Below, in pieces: positions 26,479-39,030 of a DNA stretch of 64,000 nucleotides; positions within the stretch are counted from its first letter, which is position 1, and each line of letters starts with the position of its first letter. This DNA comes from Octopus sinensis. Lineage: Eukaryota. Below the pieces are notes generated by a model. That model ran no database searches. It was given only the letters and a program-made list of their open reading frames with translations, and was not told the origin of the DNA. The stretch is taken from positions 129,580,001 to 129,644,000 of the forward strand of contig NC_043000.1 of the NCBI RefSeq assembly GCF_006345805.1, in the 5' to 3' direction. A program made the translations under genes and the position numbers.

Positions 26479-27247
26479 ACAGAGTGAAGGAACAATGAAG
26501 TCGATTACAAGCCAGCATAAGGATTAATTTTTATTCCTTGTAAAGAAAACTATGTGTAGCAGTTTCATGGGTATTTTTTGACGATTAGGAAGAACCATAC
26601 GACATACTAGTGTATATATATATATGTATATATATACATACGTACACACATAACACAAATACACCCAGACATGAACACTAACACATCAATGCACACAGAA
26701 ACACTGTAAATGCACACTTACTGATGTATAAGCTTAAAAATAATACATATTTATTATTACACACACACATACATATACATATATAATATGTTATAATATA
26801 TATGGTTAGGCATACTCATATATATATATATACATACATATACATACACATACATATATATATATGTATACATACATACATAATACATAAATACATACAT
26901 ACATATACTCACACACACACATATATATATGGTAATGCATACTCTTAGATTTCTTTGGTTAAGTTCATATATGCACTTAGAAAAATATTCAACGCAGGAA
27001 TATACTGATACATGCATGTACGGATGGGTGCATACATATATACATATGTGCATTTTATACATACACTGACACACGTATCATGCACACATAATAAACTTCT
27101 ACACACACATACATTCATCATACAAAATCTCATAGCTAAAAGTAGCTTAGAAATAATGTTCTGAATTGAAATATTATACCTAAGAAACACTCCCTTAACA
27201 GTAGCAGCAAAAAGAAAACAAACCACGTATATAGCAAAAACAAAAAC

Positions 27248-27289
<42 letters not shown>

Positions 27290-27419
27290 GCCTGATATGT
27301 CAAGAATTCATTTAAACTTTTATTGTGCTTGATATGAAGGGTGGTGGAAAAACGTCAAATCTGATCTGCCTTCCCCCACTATATGAAACATCTAAAAAGA
27401 CACCAGAACATAACAATGA

Positions 27420-27471
<52 letters not shown>

Positions 27472-28421
27472 GAAAAAAAATGTAAATATGTCAGCTGCCT
27501 GTTATTGTATTACTTGCTAGGAAGGTTATCAGAGAAACAGAGTTTCGTGTAGAGATACATCAAATTTAAGGGAGTTAATAGACAACATTTGCGAGTTTTA
27601 GTAATAATGATGTCTGTAATGTGAAGAAGACATCAAGAACTTGACAAGATGAGATGAGCTGAGCCCGTTATTTGGTTTCTCTTCTCGTTTAAGAATGTTG
27701 ACCTTTTAGTCTATTTGAATGATGGATTATATTATTAGAGGCTTTTTACATTTGTATTCCTTTAATTGTAGCAGCCATTCGATTGCAGCCTTAACGGAGC
27801 ACAACCTTAAGTGTTTTAATGATAGTACAGTGATAATACATTACGATCAGGCCACTGACACAATTTCTTAGTTTATTGAGACGATGAATATTTAATGCTT
27901 AGAATATTAAAAGGTCAAAATATGATCAAATGCGTTATAAAAAAAGAAAAAAAAAACAAAATTTCTGGCCTTGGTTCATAACCCCGAATTTTAGATTAAA
28001 GACGGATCAATTAAATCAATCCCATTACTTCGAACTCATACTTATTTTATCGATTCCTAGAAGAATAATGGTTAAAAGCAAAAAGAAAGTTGTAACCATT
28101 TGAAACTGATTTCAGAACACAAGATGAAATGTCTAAATATCACAGGACATTCTACCTATTCTGCTAATGATCTTAAGAATATTAGTTGATGGCTAATTAA
28201 TAGCTCCCCTCGGATATATATATATATATGGGAGATAATTCCAAGTATGTGGCATTCTCTTTTCGGAACTTTTCAGCGGGAGTTCAGTGTCGTTGTAACA
28301 TTAGCGACGAAAGTATCTCTAAAGCACACATAAATATACTGGAGTACTGGAGAAAAAGCTTCATAAATTCAATTAAAATAATAATAATAATATAATAATA
28401 ATAATGATAATAATAATAATG

Positions 28422-28475
<54 letters not shown>

Positions 28476-28496
28476 TATATTATATATATATAATAT

Positions 28497-28529
<33 letters not shown>

Positions 28530-28530
28530 T

Positions 28531-29112
28531 CACAGACATGACAGAGTTGGAACCTACATACATTGGAAGCTATGCCAACATTATGGAATAACAACAGAAA
28601 AAAGATGGTATAGGCACACACCAGAAAAGGTCACAGAAAACGAGAAAGCAACCATACTCTGGGATATGCCGATACACACAGATAGAGAAATTAAGGCCAA
28701 CAGACCAGATATAGTTGTCAGAGATCATGAAGAAAAAAAATGCTTTCTGATGTATCAATACCGGCAGATGACAACGTGTCTCTAAAAGAAATGGAGAAAC
28801 TCTCAAAATACAAAGACCTGGAAATAGAGGTAACTAGAATGTGGAATCTGAAAACAGAAACAATTCCTATCATAGTAGGTGCATTAGGCATGATAAAAAA
28901 ATATTCAGACAAATACATAACAAAAACACCAGGACTTACAAACACATATAACATACAGAAAATTGCACTACTAGGCACTGCACACATCCTAAGCAGAACA
29001 CTTTCCATACAATAACCATCAGAGCATCACAACAAATCACAGCACATACCCAAGGCACACAGAGCTGCGCTCGGTAGTGAAGTGAAAGCACACTATGAAA
29101 ATAAAACTACTG
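28531..29112 (+). mobile_element. 5'-truncated restriction-like-endonuclease (RLE) non-LTR retrotransposon, R4/Dong-like
   Basis: HRHDRVGTYIHWKLCQHYG...WYRHTPEKVTENEKATILWD...ANRPDIVV..., frameshift near 28748, then DVSIP..EKLSKYKDLEIEVTRMW...PIIVGALG...QKIALLGTAHIL*. This is the end of the zinc knuckle plus a PD-(D/E)xK nuclease; a short 3'UTR is followed by (AAT)n at 29113, and a (TAA)n array lies upstream at 28378-28473. Confidence 0.9.
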
Positions 29113-29136
29113 AATAATAATAATAATAATAATAAT

Positions 29137-29354
29137 CCTTTCTACTGGAGGCACAAGGCCTCAAATTTGTTGGGTGGGGAATAATTGATTATATCAGCCC
29201 CAGAGCTCGACTGGTACTTATTTTATCGACCACGAAAGGATGAAAGGCAAAGTCAACCGTGGCAAAATTTGAACTCAGGGTGTAAAGATGGACGGACGAA
29301 ATGCTGCTAACCATTTCACCCGGAGTGCTAACGATTCTGCTAGCTCGCCGCTTT
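29137..29354 (-). mobile_element. SINE family B
   Basis: Full head, body and tail, flanked by (AAT)n on both sides. Confidence 0.85.
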
Positions 29355-29372
29355 GATAATAATAATAATAAT

Positions 29373-29583
29373 CCTTTTTACTATAGGTACAAGGCCTGAA
29401 ATTTTGGGGATGGGGATAGTCGATTACATCGACCCCAGTACTCAACGGTTACTTAATTTATCGACTCCGAAGGGATAAAAGGCAAAGTCGACCTCGGCGA
29501 AATTTGAACTCAAAACGTAACGTCAGATGAAATACTGCTAAGCATTTCGCCCGGCGTGCTAACGATTCTGTCAGCTCGCCACC

Positions 29584-29586
<3 letters not shown>
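29373..29586 (-). mobile_element. SINE family B
   Basis: Second tandem copy, followed by (AAT)n to 29645. Confidence 0.85.
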
Positions 29587-29639
<53 letters not shown>

Positions 29640-30960
29640 TATAATGATCGAGAGGAAAGACAACGACCATAACGCTTTAGGGATTCCGAGAATGATGGAA
29701 GCGAGAGAGGAAAGTACCGGAGTCCTGAATGCTTGCGACAAAGTGAATAATTCTGCTAAAGACACCGAAGATGTCAAGTGGTGGTGTTAAATCGGGCCAC
29801 TGATTAAGTCTATCACCCATGTAGGCTCTGGTGGGAAATGAACGCAGAAAGTGAAGAGTCATAATAGATATTGCAAAGTACCTGATATTCTTGCAGTTCT
29901 GCCATCCACCTCTCTAGATCAGTCCTTTTCTAATCGGCCCCGAAAGGAAAAAATATATATTGACTGTGCCCGAATTTGAACTCAGACCACAGAAACTCAA
30001 GACAAATACTGCAATAGCTTCTTTCGGAAGCTCCAAAGACTTTGCTAATTTGCCATGAAGAATGAAGGAGATAATGTTTCGAGTAAAGTAATTACGAAAA
30101 AGTTAAATTATTCTGATGTAACTTCTAATTGGTAATTAGCAGTTAAGTGAGTGTAAGCAAAATTTAATGGCTCTTAACATTAAACAGCCAAGCTGAATAA
30201 GACTGGGTGATATACTATCTCTGGTAAGTCACCACCACCACCACCACCATCACCACTACCACAAAATGGTATTAATTATATCTACGTACATACTAAATCC
30301 AACACTTGCTATGATTGACTGAAGGTAAACTACTAAGGTCGATTAAAGTGGCAACCCCTACCCGAAACTTTGTTGACATTGTGCCAATGTCAGAAATCAT
30401 TACTATTGGTAGTAGGAGAACGTATTAAAGTCTGTGGCCTAATGGTTAGGGTTTTATACTTACGATCTTGCGATCGTGGCTTCGAATCCCGGATCTGGCA
30501 GTGCGTTATGCGGTTTGAACAAAATTTCACGTTGCTCCATTCTACTCAACAACTGCTGGGAAGTTAACCCTGAAATGGACTAGCATCCCATTCAGGGGCA
30601 GGAAGTACTGTAATCTCAGTCACTTATAGGCCATGGCAGACCTAAGAAGTACGTTACTGGTTTGAAGGAATCGGTAGTGCAATCACATAAAATGCTTTTC
30701 AGTGTTTTGTTACTAGATGCAAAGTGTTTATCGTACTTAGGTTCCTGGAATCTACCGGGATTTAGAAAATGGTTTCATATACTGAAAACTGCCCCACAGA
30801 TAGAAAGTTGTTGCGAAAGAAATTTTCTGCTCGCGTTTATAAAATTCTTTCTCGAGGACCTAGTTCCACCTTGTTAAATCGTGTGTTCAAATCCTGTTGC
30901 GATCGACTTTAATTTTTGTGTCGGCGGGTCGATAAAATAAGTACCAGTAAAGTATTGAGG

Positions 30961-31222
30961 ATGTGGAGGCGCGTGGCTTAGTGGTTAGGGTGTCAGCATC
31001 ATGATCGTAAAATTGTGGTTTCGATTCTTGGACCGGGTGACGCGTTGTGTTCTTGAGCAAAACACTTCATTTCACGTTGCTCCAGTCCACTCAGCTGGCA
31101 AAAATGAGTAACGCTGCGATGGACTGGCGTCCCGTCCAGCTGGGGAACACATACGCCATAGAAACCGGGAAACCGGGCCCATGAGCCTGGCTAGGCTTTA
31201 AAAGGGTGCATTTATTTTATTT
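30961..31222 (+). mobile_element. SINE family C, full length with 13-bp TSD, nested in a family B relic
   Basis: GTGGAGGCGCGTGGCTTAGTGGTTAGGG...GGTTTCGATTC head; central GCTGCGATGGACTGGCGTCCCGTCCAG (resembles the Meta-type SINE domain as I recall it); TSD TAAAGTATTGAGG at 30948-30960 and 31223-31235. Confidence 0.92.
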
Positions 31223-32435
31223 TAAAGTATTGAGGGTTGATTTAATCATTTTTGCCTTCTCCAAAATACGTAGTCATGTGTCAGTCGAATGGAACATAAA
31301 AGCAAATATATCTTAATATAATACTTCTGTTTATTTTTTTTGTTGATTAGCAGTATCTATCACTGGGAAAGTAGCGGTGGGGGCCCCCTACTTGAATGGA
31401 ATATTCAGTTCTTTCACACATTAACTCGACTTAATGAATATTTTAGTGACGTGGGCAATGCTGTCAGGCGTAAATTCCAACACTGATAATCGTTCTAATG
31501 TCACATGACTTATGTATATAAGGCTGTCTTAGAAAAGCACGAGACTCACACAATATTATCCTATAGCTTATTATTGTTGTTTAGCCCCGGGTTTCCCTGA
31601 TTGAGTCATCCTACGATAAAAGGCATTCCAGCCACGACTATGCCATCATTTTATTTATCAGGAACTACCTTGTTCAATGTATCCTTCCTTTTTTTCTTTT
31701 ATAACACAATAGGCTGTTATTTCTAGCAGGTCGATTGACTTTGCAGAAGCTTTCTAGGTTGCTTGTCTGATATGTTGCTTCTCAGAAGAACTACATCAAA
31801 TCAAGAATTAATAATTACTATTGTTTGCCACTCCAAATGTGGCTACTCCAACGAAGCAATCTGTAGAAATAGCATTCTAACTTCAATGCCCCTACCACTC
31901 TTAATGAAGAGAGCAATGAAATACAAGATAGAAATAACAGTTTAATATCCCTCAAACCATATCCTAAAGCACTGGTGTTCTACATAACGCATCTAGGTGC
32001 GTTGCAGAAGACATCATAGATACACCGCAGTTTAAAAAATATTATTTAAGGCTTTAGAAAATCCACGCTAATACTTGAATATATTGAGGAAAAAAACATG
32101 TTATCGAGAAATTTGTTATACACAAACAGGATTAATGCTACAAAGTAAACAATTGTTTTTATATATTTAACAAAATACTTTAACTTTAAATTTTCCATAG
32201 AAAGTGCATCGTTAACTTTTCATTTGGTAAACAAAAAAATATCCCATAGGAAATAGTTGTCCTAGTTACACTACGTCTCAATGAAAGCTGAAGTAGTTAC
32301 TGTTAGAATGCTCTTGAACAGAAGTTTGCTCGATGGGGATTGGTCTGGGCTAGACAATAACGACACGACGAACCACTATGTGGATGTTTGATAAGTTAGA
32401 AATAGATACCAAATTTCTCTTGAATTATACTATAT

Positions 32436-32662
32436 ATTTCTTTATTGCCCACAAGGGGCTAAACATAGAGGGGACAAACAAGGACAGACAAACGGATTAA
32501 GTCGATTACATCGACCCCAGTGCGAAACTGGTACTTTATTTATCGACCCCGAAAGGATGAAAGGCAAAGTCGACCTCGGAGGAATTTGAACTCAGAACGT
32601 AACCGCAGACGAAATACTACGAAGCATTTCGCCCGGCGTGCTAACGTTTCTACCAGTTCGCC
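32436..32662 (-). mobile_element. SINE family B, full length with 32-bp TSD
   Basis: AGATAC(C/G)AAATTTCTCTTGAATTATACTATAT at 32404-32435 and 32663-32694. Confidence 0.93.
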
Positions 32663-33785
32663 AGATACGAAATTTCTCTTGAATTATACTATATCGTCTT
32701 TAAAAATGACGGGATGGTCATGGCTGGAACATTTTTTATCATAGGTTTTACTCCATCAGAACTGGTCTGTCAAGGAATAACAATGACAACGTGCCAATAG
32801 GGAATTTCTTTTGCTATCCAAGCAGAATCAATTTGTAATAAGCGCAACATGGCTCACGTACTAAACGTACTATGTTGACCCGAATTAGTGATGAATGGTT
32901 CAGTGATAAACAAGGGAAGATGTATCGCAAGTTGTCAGTTAGTCCCTGAATGAATACCACATTTATTATCTCTGACGCAAAAGCAGCGAGCGAAAAGAAT
33001 CGTAAAAGCCTTGAAAAAAAAAGAAAAAAACCCAAAACAAAACAACCCACCACAAAAAAACAAACAAACAAACAATGCTTTGTAGTATTTCTTCTCGCTC
33101 TTTAAGTTATGGGTTCAAATTCTGTCAAAGTAAACTTTTTCGTTCATACTTCGGGATCGAGAAAATGAAGTACCAGTCAAATACTGGGGTCGTTGGTATT
33201 CATTACACCCCCTACCTTCAAAATTGCTGGACTTGTGCCAAATGTGAAACTATTATCTCGGTTATACTTCATCGGAGCAATTTGTTTACGCTGCACTCTT
33301 TCGTTTATTGGTCTAACGTCGTCTAATGTTGTTTTTAAAATGTAATTTGAATTCATTAAGAGAAGGTTATCCGGATGGAAGAAGCATTTAAAGATGGTTG
33401 TTTCTCTACATGATTGCAAGTCAGGGGTAAGTCAGTGGAAGAAAATTAGAATAATCGGGAATTAATAACGCCAAGAACACCTGTGGATTTAACTCGCTGA
33501 AGAACATTGCTGCTGTAGCGCCTGCTAATGACAGCGCGAACAATAACAGGGATAATAACAAGAATAATTACAAAAACAGCGGCAATAACAACAACAATAG
33601 CAACAACAGGTTAACAGTGTTTCTAATAGGATATTCACTCCAAAGACAATTGGCATCGCCATAATTGTTTTTACAACCTACTGCAAAGGAACCTCTGCAC
33701 GGTGGTTTGTCTTGCTAGAAATAGCAACGAAATCTCTGCCAAATTACATCCAACCGTCTTAAGTAAAAAAATATATATATATATA

Positions 33786-34183
33786 TAGGCGCAGGAGTGG
33801 CTGTGTGGTAAGTAGCTTGCTAACCAACCACATGGTTCAGTCCCACTGCGTGGCATCTTGGGCAAGTGTCTTCTGCTATAGCCCCGGGCCGACCAATGCC
33901 TTGTGAGTGGATTTGGTGGACGGAAACTGAAAGAAGCCTGTCGTATATATGTATATATATATATGTATGTGTGTGTGTATTTGCGTGTCTGTGTTTGTCC
34001 CCCTAGCATTGCTTGACAACCGATGCTGGTGTGTTTACGTTCCCGTCACTTAGCGGTTCGGCAAAAGAGACCGATAGAATAAGTACTGGGCTTACAAAAG
34101 AATAAGTCCCGGGATCGATTTGCTCGACTAAAGGCGGTGCTCCAGCATGGCCGCAGTCAAATGACTGAAACAAGTAAAAGAAT
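33786..34183 (+). mobile_element. SINE family A, full length
   Basis: Head, internal (TA/TG)n and tail all present. Confidence 0.92.
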
Positions 34184-34310
34184 ATATATAAATAAAAAAT
34201 GCATACATGGTGGTGCTCCAGCAAGACCGCAGCAGCTTGGCTGAAACGAGTAAAAGAGTAACATTGAACAATGTAGCTCCTGTTATGCAATCACGAGGAT
34301 GTTATTACCA

Positions 34311-34827
<517 letters not shown>

Positions 34828-35260
34828 AGAGAGAGAGAGGTCGAATGTGTTTGGAACATATTCGAGCCTGTAAGAAAGCCATTTGCTGTATTTTGTCATG
34901 GAGAAAATTTCTCGTTGTAGACAAATGGTGTAAAGACGCTAAAATGTTATAGAAATATACAGGATGGCTATAGAGGTAGCGACTTTACTCACAGTCAGTT
35001 CTGATCCCGGTTGATCTCGGGCTGATCAACGATATCAACAACAACTAACAATTACTCTTGCTTGCTAGCCATTAATGTGGCTACTCCAACAAACGAGCCT
35101 GGAAAAGTAACCAAAATCTCATTCACATCACACCGTGTCGTTTCCAGATGTAGTCCTAAATATACAAACGTAAGACGGCCATAGCTTTGAATTGTAGATC
35201 TGCATGATCAGGGAATGACTTAGGGTTTAAAAGAAGCAAACCACTTGTAATATTACTACT

Positions 35261-35528
35261 GTGGAGGCACATGGCCTAGTGGTTAGAGCAGCTGACTCGC
35301 GGTCGAGGGATCGCGGGTTCGAATCTCAGACCGGGCGATGTGTGTGTTTTTGAGCGAAACACCTAAGCTCTACGTGGCTCCGGCAGAAGGTAATGGCGAA
35401 CTTCTGCTGACACTTTCGCCACAACTTTCTCTCTCTCTTTCCTCCTGCATCTTGCAGCTCACCTGCGACGGACCGGCGTCTCGTCCAGCTGGGGAACCTA
35501 TACGCCAAGGAAACCGGAAAACCGGCCC
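35261..35528 (+). mobile_element. SINE with family D head/body and family C-type tail
   Basis: D head GTGGAGGCACATGGCCTAGTGGTTAGAGCAGC...GGGTTCGAATC; tail CCTGCGACGGACCGGCGTCTCGTCCAGCTGGGGAACC...GAAACCGGAAAACCGGCCC as in family C. Confidence 0.85.
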
Positions 35529-36162
35529 TAATTAGTCAGGCATGGCTCGAGAAAGAACAAAAAAAAAAATTACTACTGCTGCAACTGCAGCCGCTACAAG
35601 CACCAACACCACCACCACCACTACTCTATTACTTCTACTGCTAGTGTCGCCGCCACCACCACTACCACCACCACCGCCACTATTAATTACTACTGCTGCT
35701 GCTACTACTATCACGACTAAAGCGATATAGTGCAGATCTAGTTGTTAGATTCAACTTTCTATGCTCTCAGCTGCAAATTGAAATGAATCGTGAATCGTGC
35801 TGGGAACAGGAGTGTAATGGGTTCAAATCAATGCTATCGTGTTTGGATGTTGTTTAACTCCTGGCCAGTTAAAGTAGATATATGGGAAACACTATACCAT
35901 CTTTCTTTATACTCAGAATAACACTGTATCACGATCTAAGGTAGAGTTGATTCTGGCAGGATTTAAACTCAGAACGTAAAATTATGTTTTAAAATACTGC
36001 AATGCATTTCGTTCAAACGCACTATTTTTATACTTTATGTATTTACAAATCCTCCAAACTTTCATTTACATCCTTTGGCTCATTACTAAATTTTTTAGGT
36101 AACGGGATTTGCACATTTTTGAAAAGTACGTGTTCATAAAATTCATCGTAACTATCAGTATC

Positions 36163-36233
<71 letters not shown>

Positions 36234-36264
36234 TATTTTCATACATACATAAAAATATTCACAC

Positions 36265-36299
<35 letters not shown>

Positions 36300-36362
36300 C
36301 ACATATATATATATTCATATTTTCATACATACATAAAAATATTCACACACACACCACACACA

Positions 36363-36424
<62 letters not shown>

Positions 36425-36426
<2 letters not shown>

Positions 36427-36684
36427 AGCAATAAAGGGTTTAGCAACGAATTGCCTTACCACATACCGAATTTAGAAATAGCAGTCAAAGAGTTATAGCT
36501 AGAAATAGCTATAACTCTTTGACTGCTATTTCTAAATTCGGTATGTGGTAAGGCAATTCGTTGCTAAACCCTTTATTGCTTAGTATTACTTAAATTTTCC
36601 TCGAATGAGGCTTTTACATGCCGAAGACTACTTGGTGTAATTGATAATTATTCCAAATTAATTAATTTCACCCTTCATTATTAT
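36425..36684. repeat. (TA)n-flanked element starting with a perfect 77-bp inverted repeat (GAAA loop)
   Basis: 36425-36501 is the exact reverse complement of 36506-36582. Confidence 0.95.
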
Positions 36685-37107
36685 GTATATATATATATAT
36701 ATCATAAATTATCGTTACGAATTCATTTTGTAGTTCTAGAACTTTCTTCTATAAATATTTTTATTTCCATTCTCTTTTCAGTTTCTGGCTTTCGTTTTTG
36801 ATTATATTTTATTTTCCCTCTTTCAGAGTGCGTAATAAAATGGCAGTAAAAACTAGAATAGTACGATGTTTGAATACAAGAATTGCTGCAACAACCATTA
36901 GACGTCCGGCGTGTAAAGAATATAACCTTTTATTGAAGCAGTTTAGTTGATCAGATTCGACCTTTGCAATGCCGAAAATGGGTTTCGAAACGGAGATAAG
37001 CATAACTAGGACTGCTGATGGTGTGGTGTGCCGGGAAGAACATTGTGTAGTTTTTGGTGTGTAAAGGTGAACCCAAGGGTAAACACATACAAAACATGGT
37101 TTTATAT

Positions 37108-37139
<32 letters not shown>

Positions 37140-37251
37140 CGCGCGCGCACACACACACACACATATATATATATATGTATACCTTATAATTTTAAGTAAG
37201 CACACACACACATATATATATATAATATAATATAATATATATATATATATA

Positions 37252-37755
37252 TCTATATATATAAAACTCTAGTTGTGTGAGTGTCTGTCCCCTTCGATTT
37301 AGATTCCTAACTCCTCCCACATTTTGCGGTGCAGTTTAACCAAAACCGGGTATCTTATAGTCGTGATTCATATCGAGCCCGTCTGACTATTAGCGCGCGT
37401 CAACGATGAGTCTACAATTTTAAAAATAATTTAACATCATTTTTTATTCCATTTTAATGCATAAAATGCATCGTGTGTCGATGGCGGCGGAGTTGGCGTC
37501 CACGCTCACAGCTGCACCTGTTTGCTTCTCCCCCTTCCCTCCCTCGTGAAGCTGTGGGGAAGGGAGTGTAAAGAAATCAACGTCGTAATGCGTTGTGAAG
37601 GAAACCAGCGTTCTTTTAGAACAACGACTTCATGGCTTGAAGACACCAAAACAAAAATGGCTAAGAAAGCCTGAATTTATAAGGGAAGTAACTCTCTAAA
37701 AATGCTTATATAGTTATTTCCCTTACAAACCCGAGCAACGCCGGGCGATACTGCT

Positions 37756-37757
<2 letters not shown>
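37252..37757 (+). mobile_element. Non-autonomous Helitron, 506 bp
   Basis: A|TCTATATATATAAAA 5' end; CCCGAGCAACGCCGGG hairpin then CTAG|T 3' end; shares internal and 3' blocks with 4730-6346. Confidence 0.9.
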
Positions 37758-37820
<63 letters not shown>

Positions 37821-38858
37821 ATATATGTGTATTTATGCAAGCATAAATACACACACGCGCGCACAAATTCTCAGATACTCTTCGACAGGGGCGATGCTAG
37901 TTTCATTTCTGTTTGATGTTTTAACCCTTTGGCTTTCAGATTCTCCTGTCAGTTGTACTGCTTATCTATTCACATTGTTTTGAATTAATATGCGTTATTT
38001 CATAGCTTCGAGATTTCATTGATGTGATGATTTATTTATTAGAATGACATTGTTTAGGAGGTGCGAAAGGTCGGATCTAGCTAATTTGAACTTAAAGAAA
38101 GGTAGAATATTTGAGCCTGATATGGCTGGTTTAAATGCCAAAGGGCTTAATATATAATTAATTTTATGTAGAATCTTATTCATATAATTTAGCTCTAATC
38201 ACACACACACGCACGTACGCACGCATACACACAGACACACACACAGACACACACACACACGTACACACACAGAGTAGTCTCTGTCGGGAACTACATATGG
38301 AAGTCCACTTACTCCATCAACTGAACCAACTATTCATTAAAAGAAGTTAAAACGTGGCTGAGTATTCCACAGACAGGGGCGCCCTTAACGTAATTCTCAA
38401 GTAGAATGAGACAATGACACAGCATGACAAGAGTGGACCTTTGAATTACAATCTCCGTCTTCTCAATTTCACTCACAGGGACCGAGTCGATTCGAGGCAA
38501 TGGTAAGATTTATTTCACTGGTTCATTATTCAAATACCGCGGTCTGCTCGGTGTTTCACCACTATGGAGCCCATTAAATACATATCAGTTGTTATTATTG
38601 TTGGTTGTGTATAGCCGCAAGTAAACACTGACAGAGGAGGTTTATGATTAACAATCTTACAATCTTACACTTGTCATCACTCCTACCGTTATTCAGACAT
38701 AGTGTAGTGCACCAGAAACTTTTCTTTAGGTAAACAAATATTCCATGGAGGAAGAGATGGTTACTGTTGGAATGCTACTGAATAGACTTTAAACAGAAGT
38801 CTACTTGATCAGAGTTGATCTAGGTTAGACGACAACAATAACATCAACAACAACGACA

Positions 38859-39030
38859 GTGGAGGCGCAATGACTCAGTGGTTAGGACAGCGGACTCGTT
38901 GGTCGTAAGAACGCGGTTTCGATTCCCAGACCGGGCATTGTGAGTGTTTATTGAGCAAAAACACCTTAGCGGGGAGGGGTACTCTTTCATCCCAACTTTC
39001 TCTCGCTTTTTCTTCCTACTTCTGCCACAA
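38859..39030 (+). mobile_element. SINE family D, partial
   Basis: GTGGAGGCGCAATGACTCAGTGGTTAGGACAGCGGACTCG...GGTTTCGATTCCCAGACCGGGC. Confidence 0.75.

Noticed and set aside
35261-35340. tRNA-like sequences at SINE heads (also 4170, 30961, 41331 and others)
   Set aside because: A- and B-box-like motifs are present, but there is no closed acceptor stem and each continues into a multicopy SINE body
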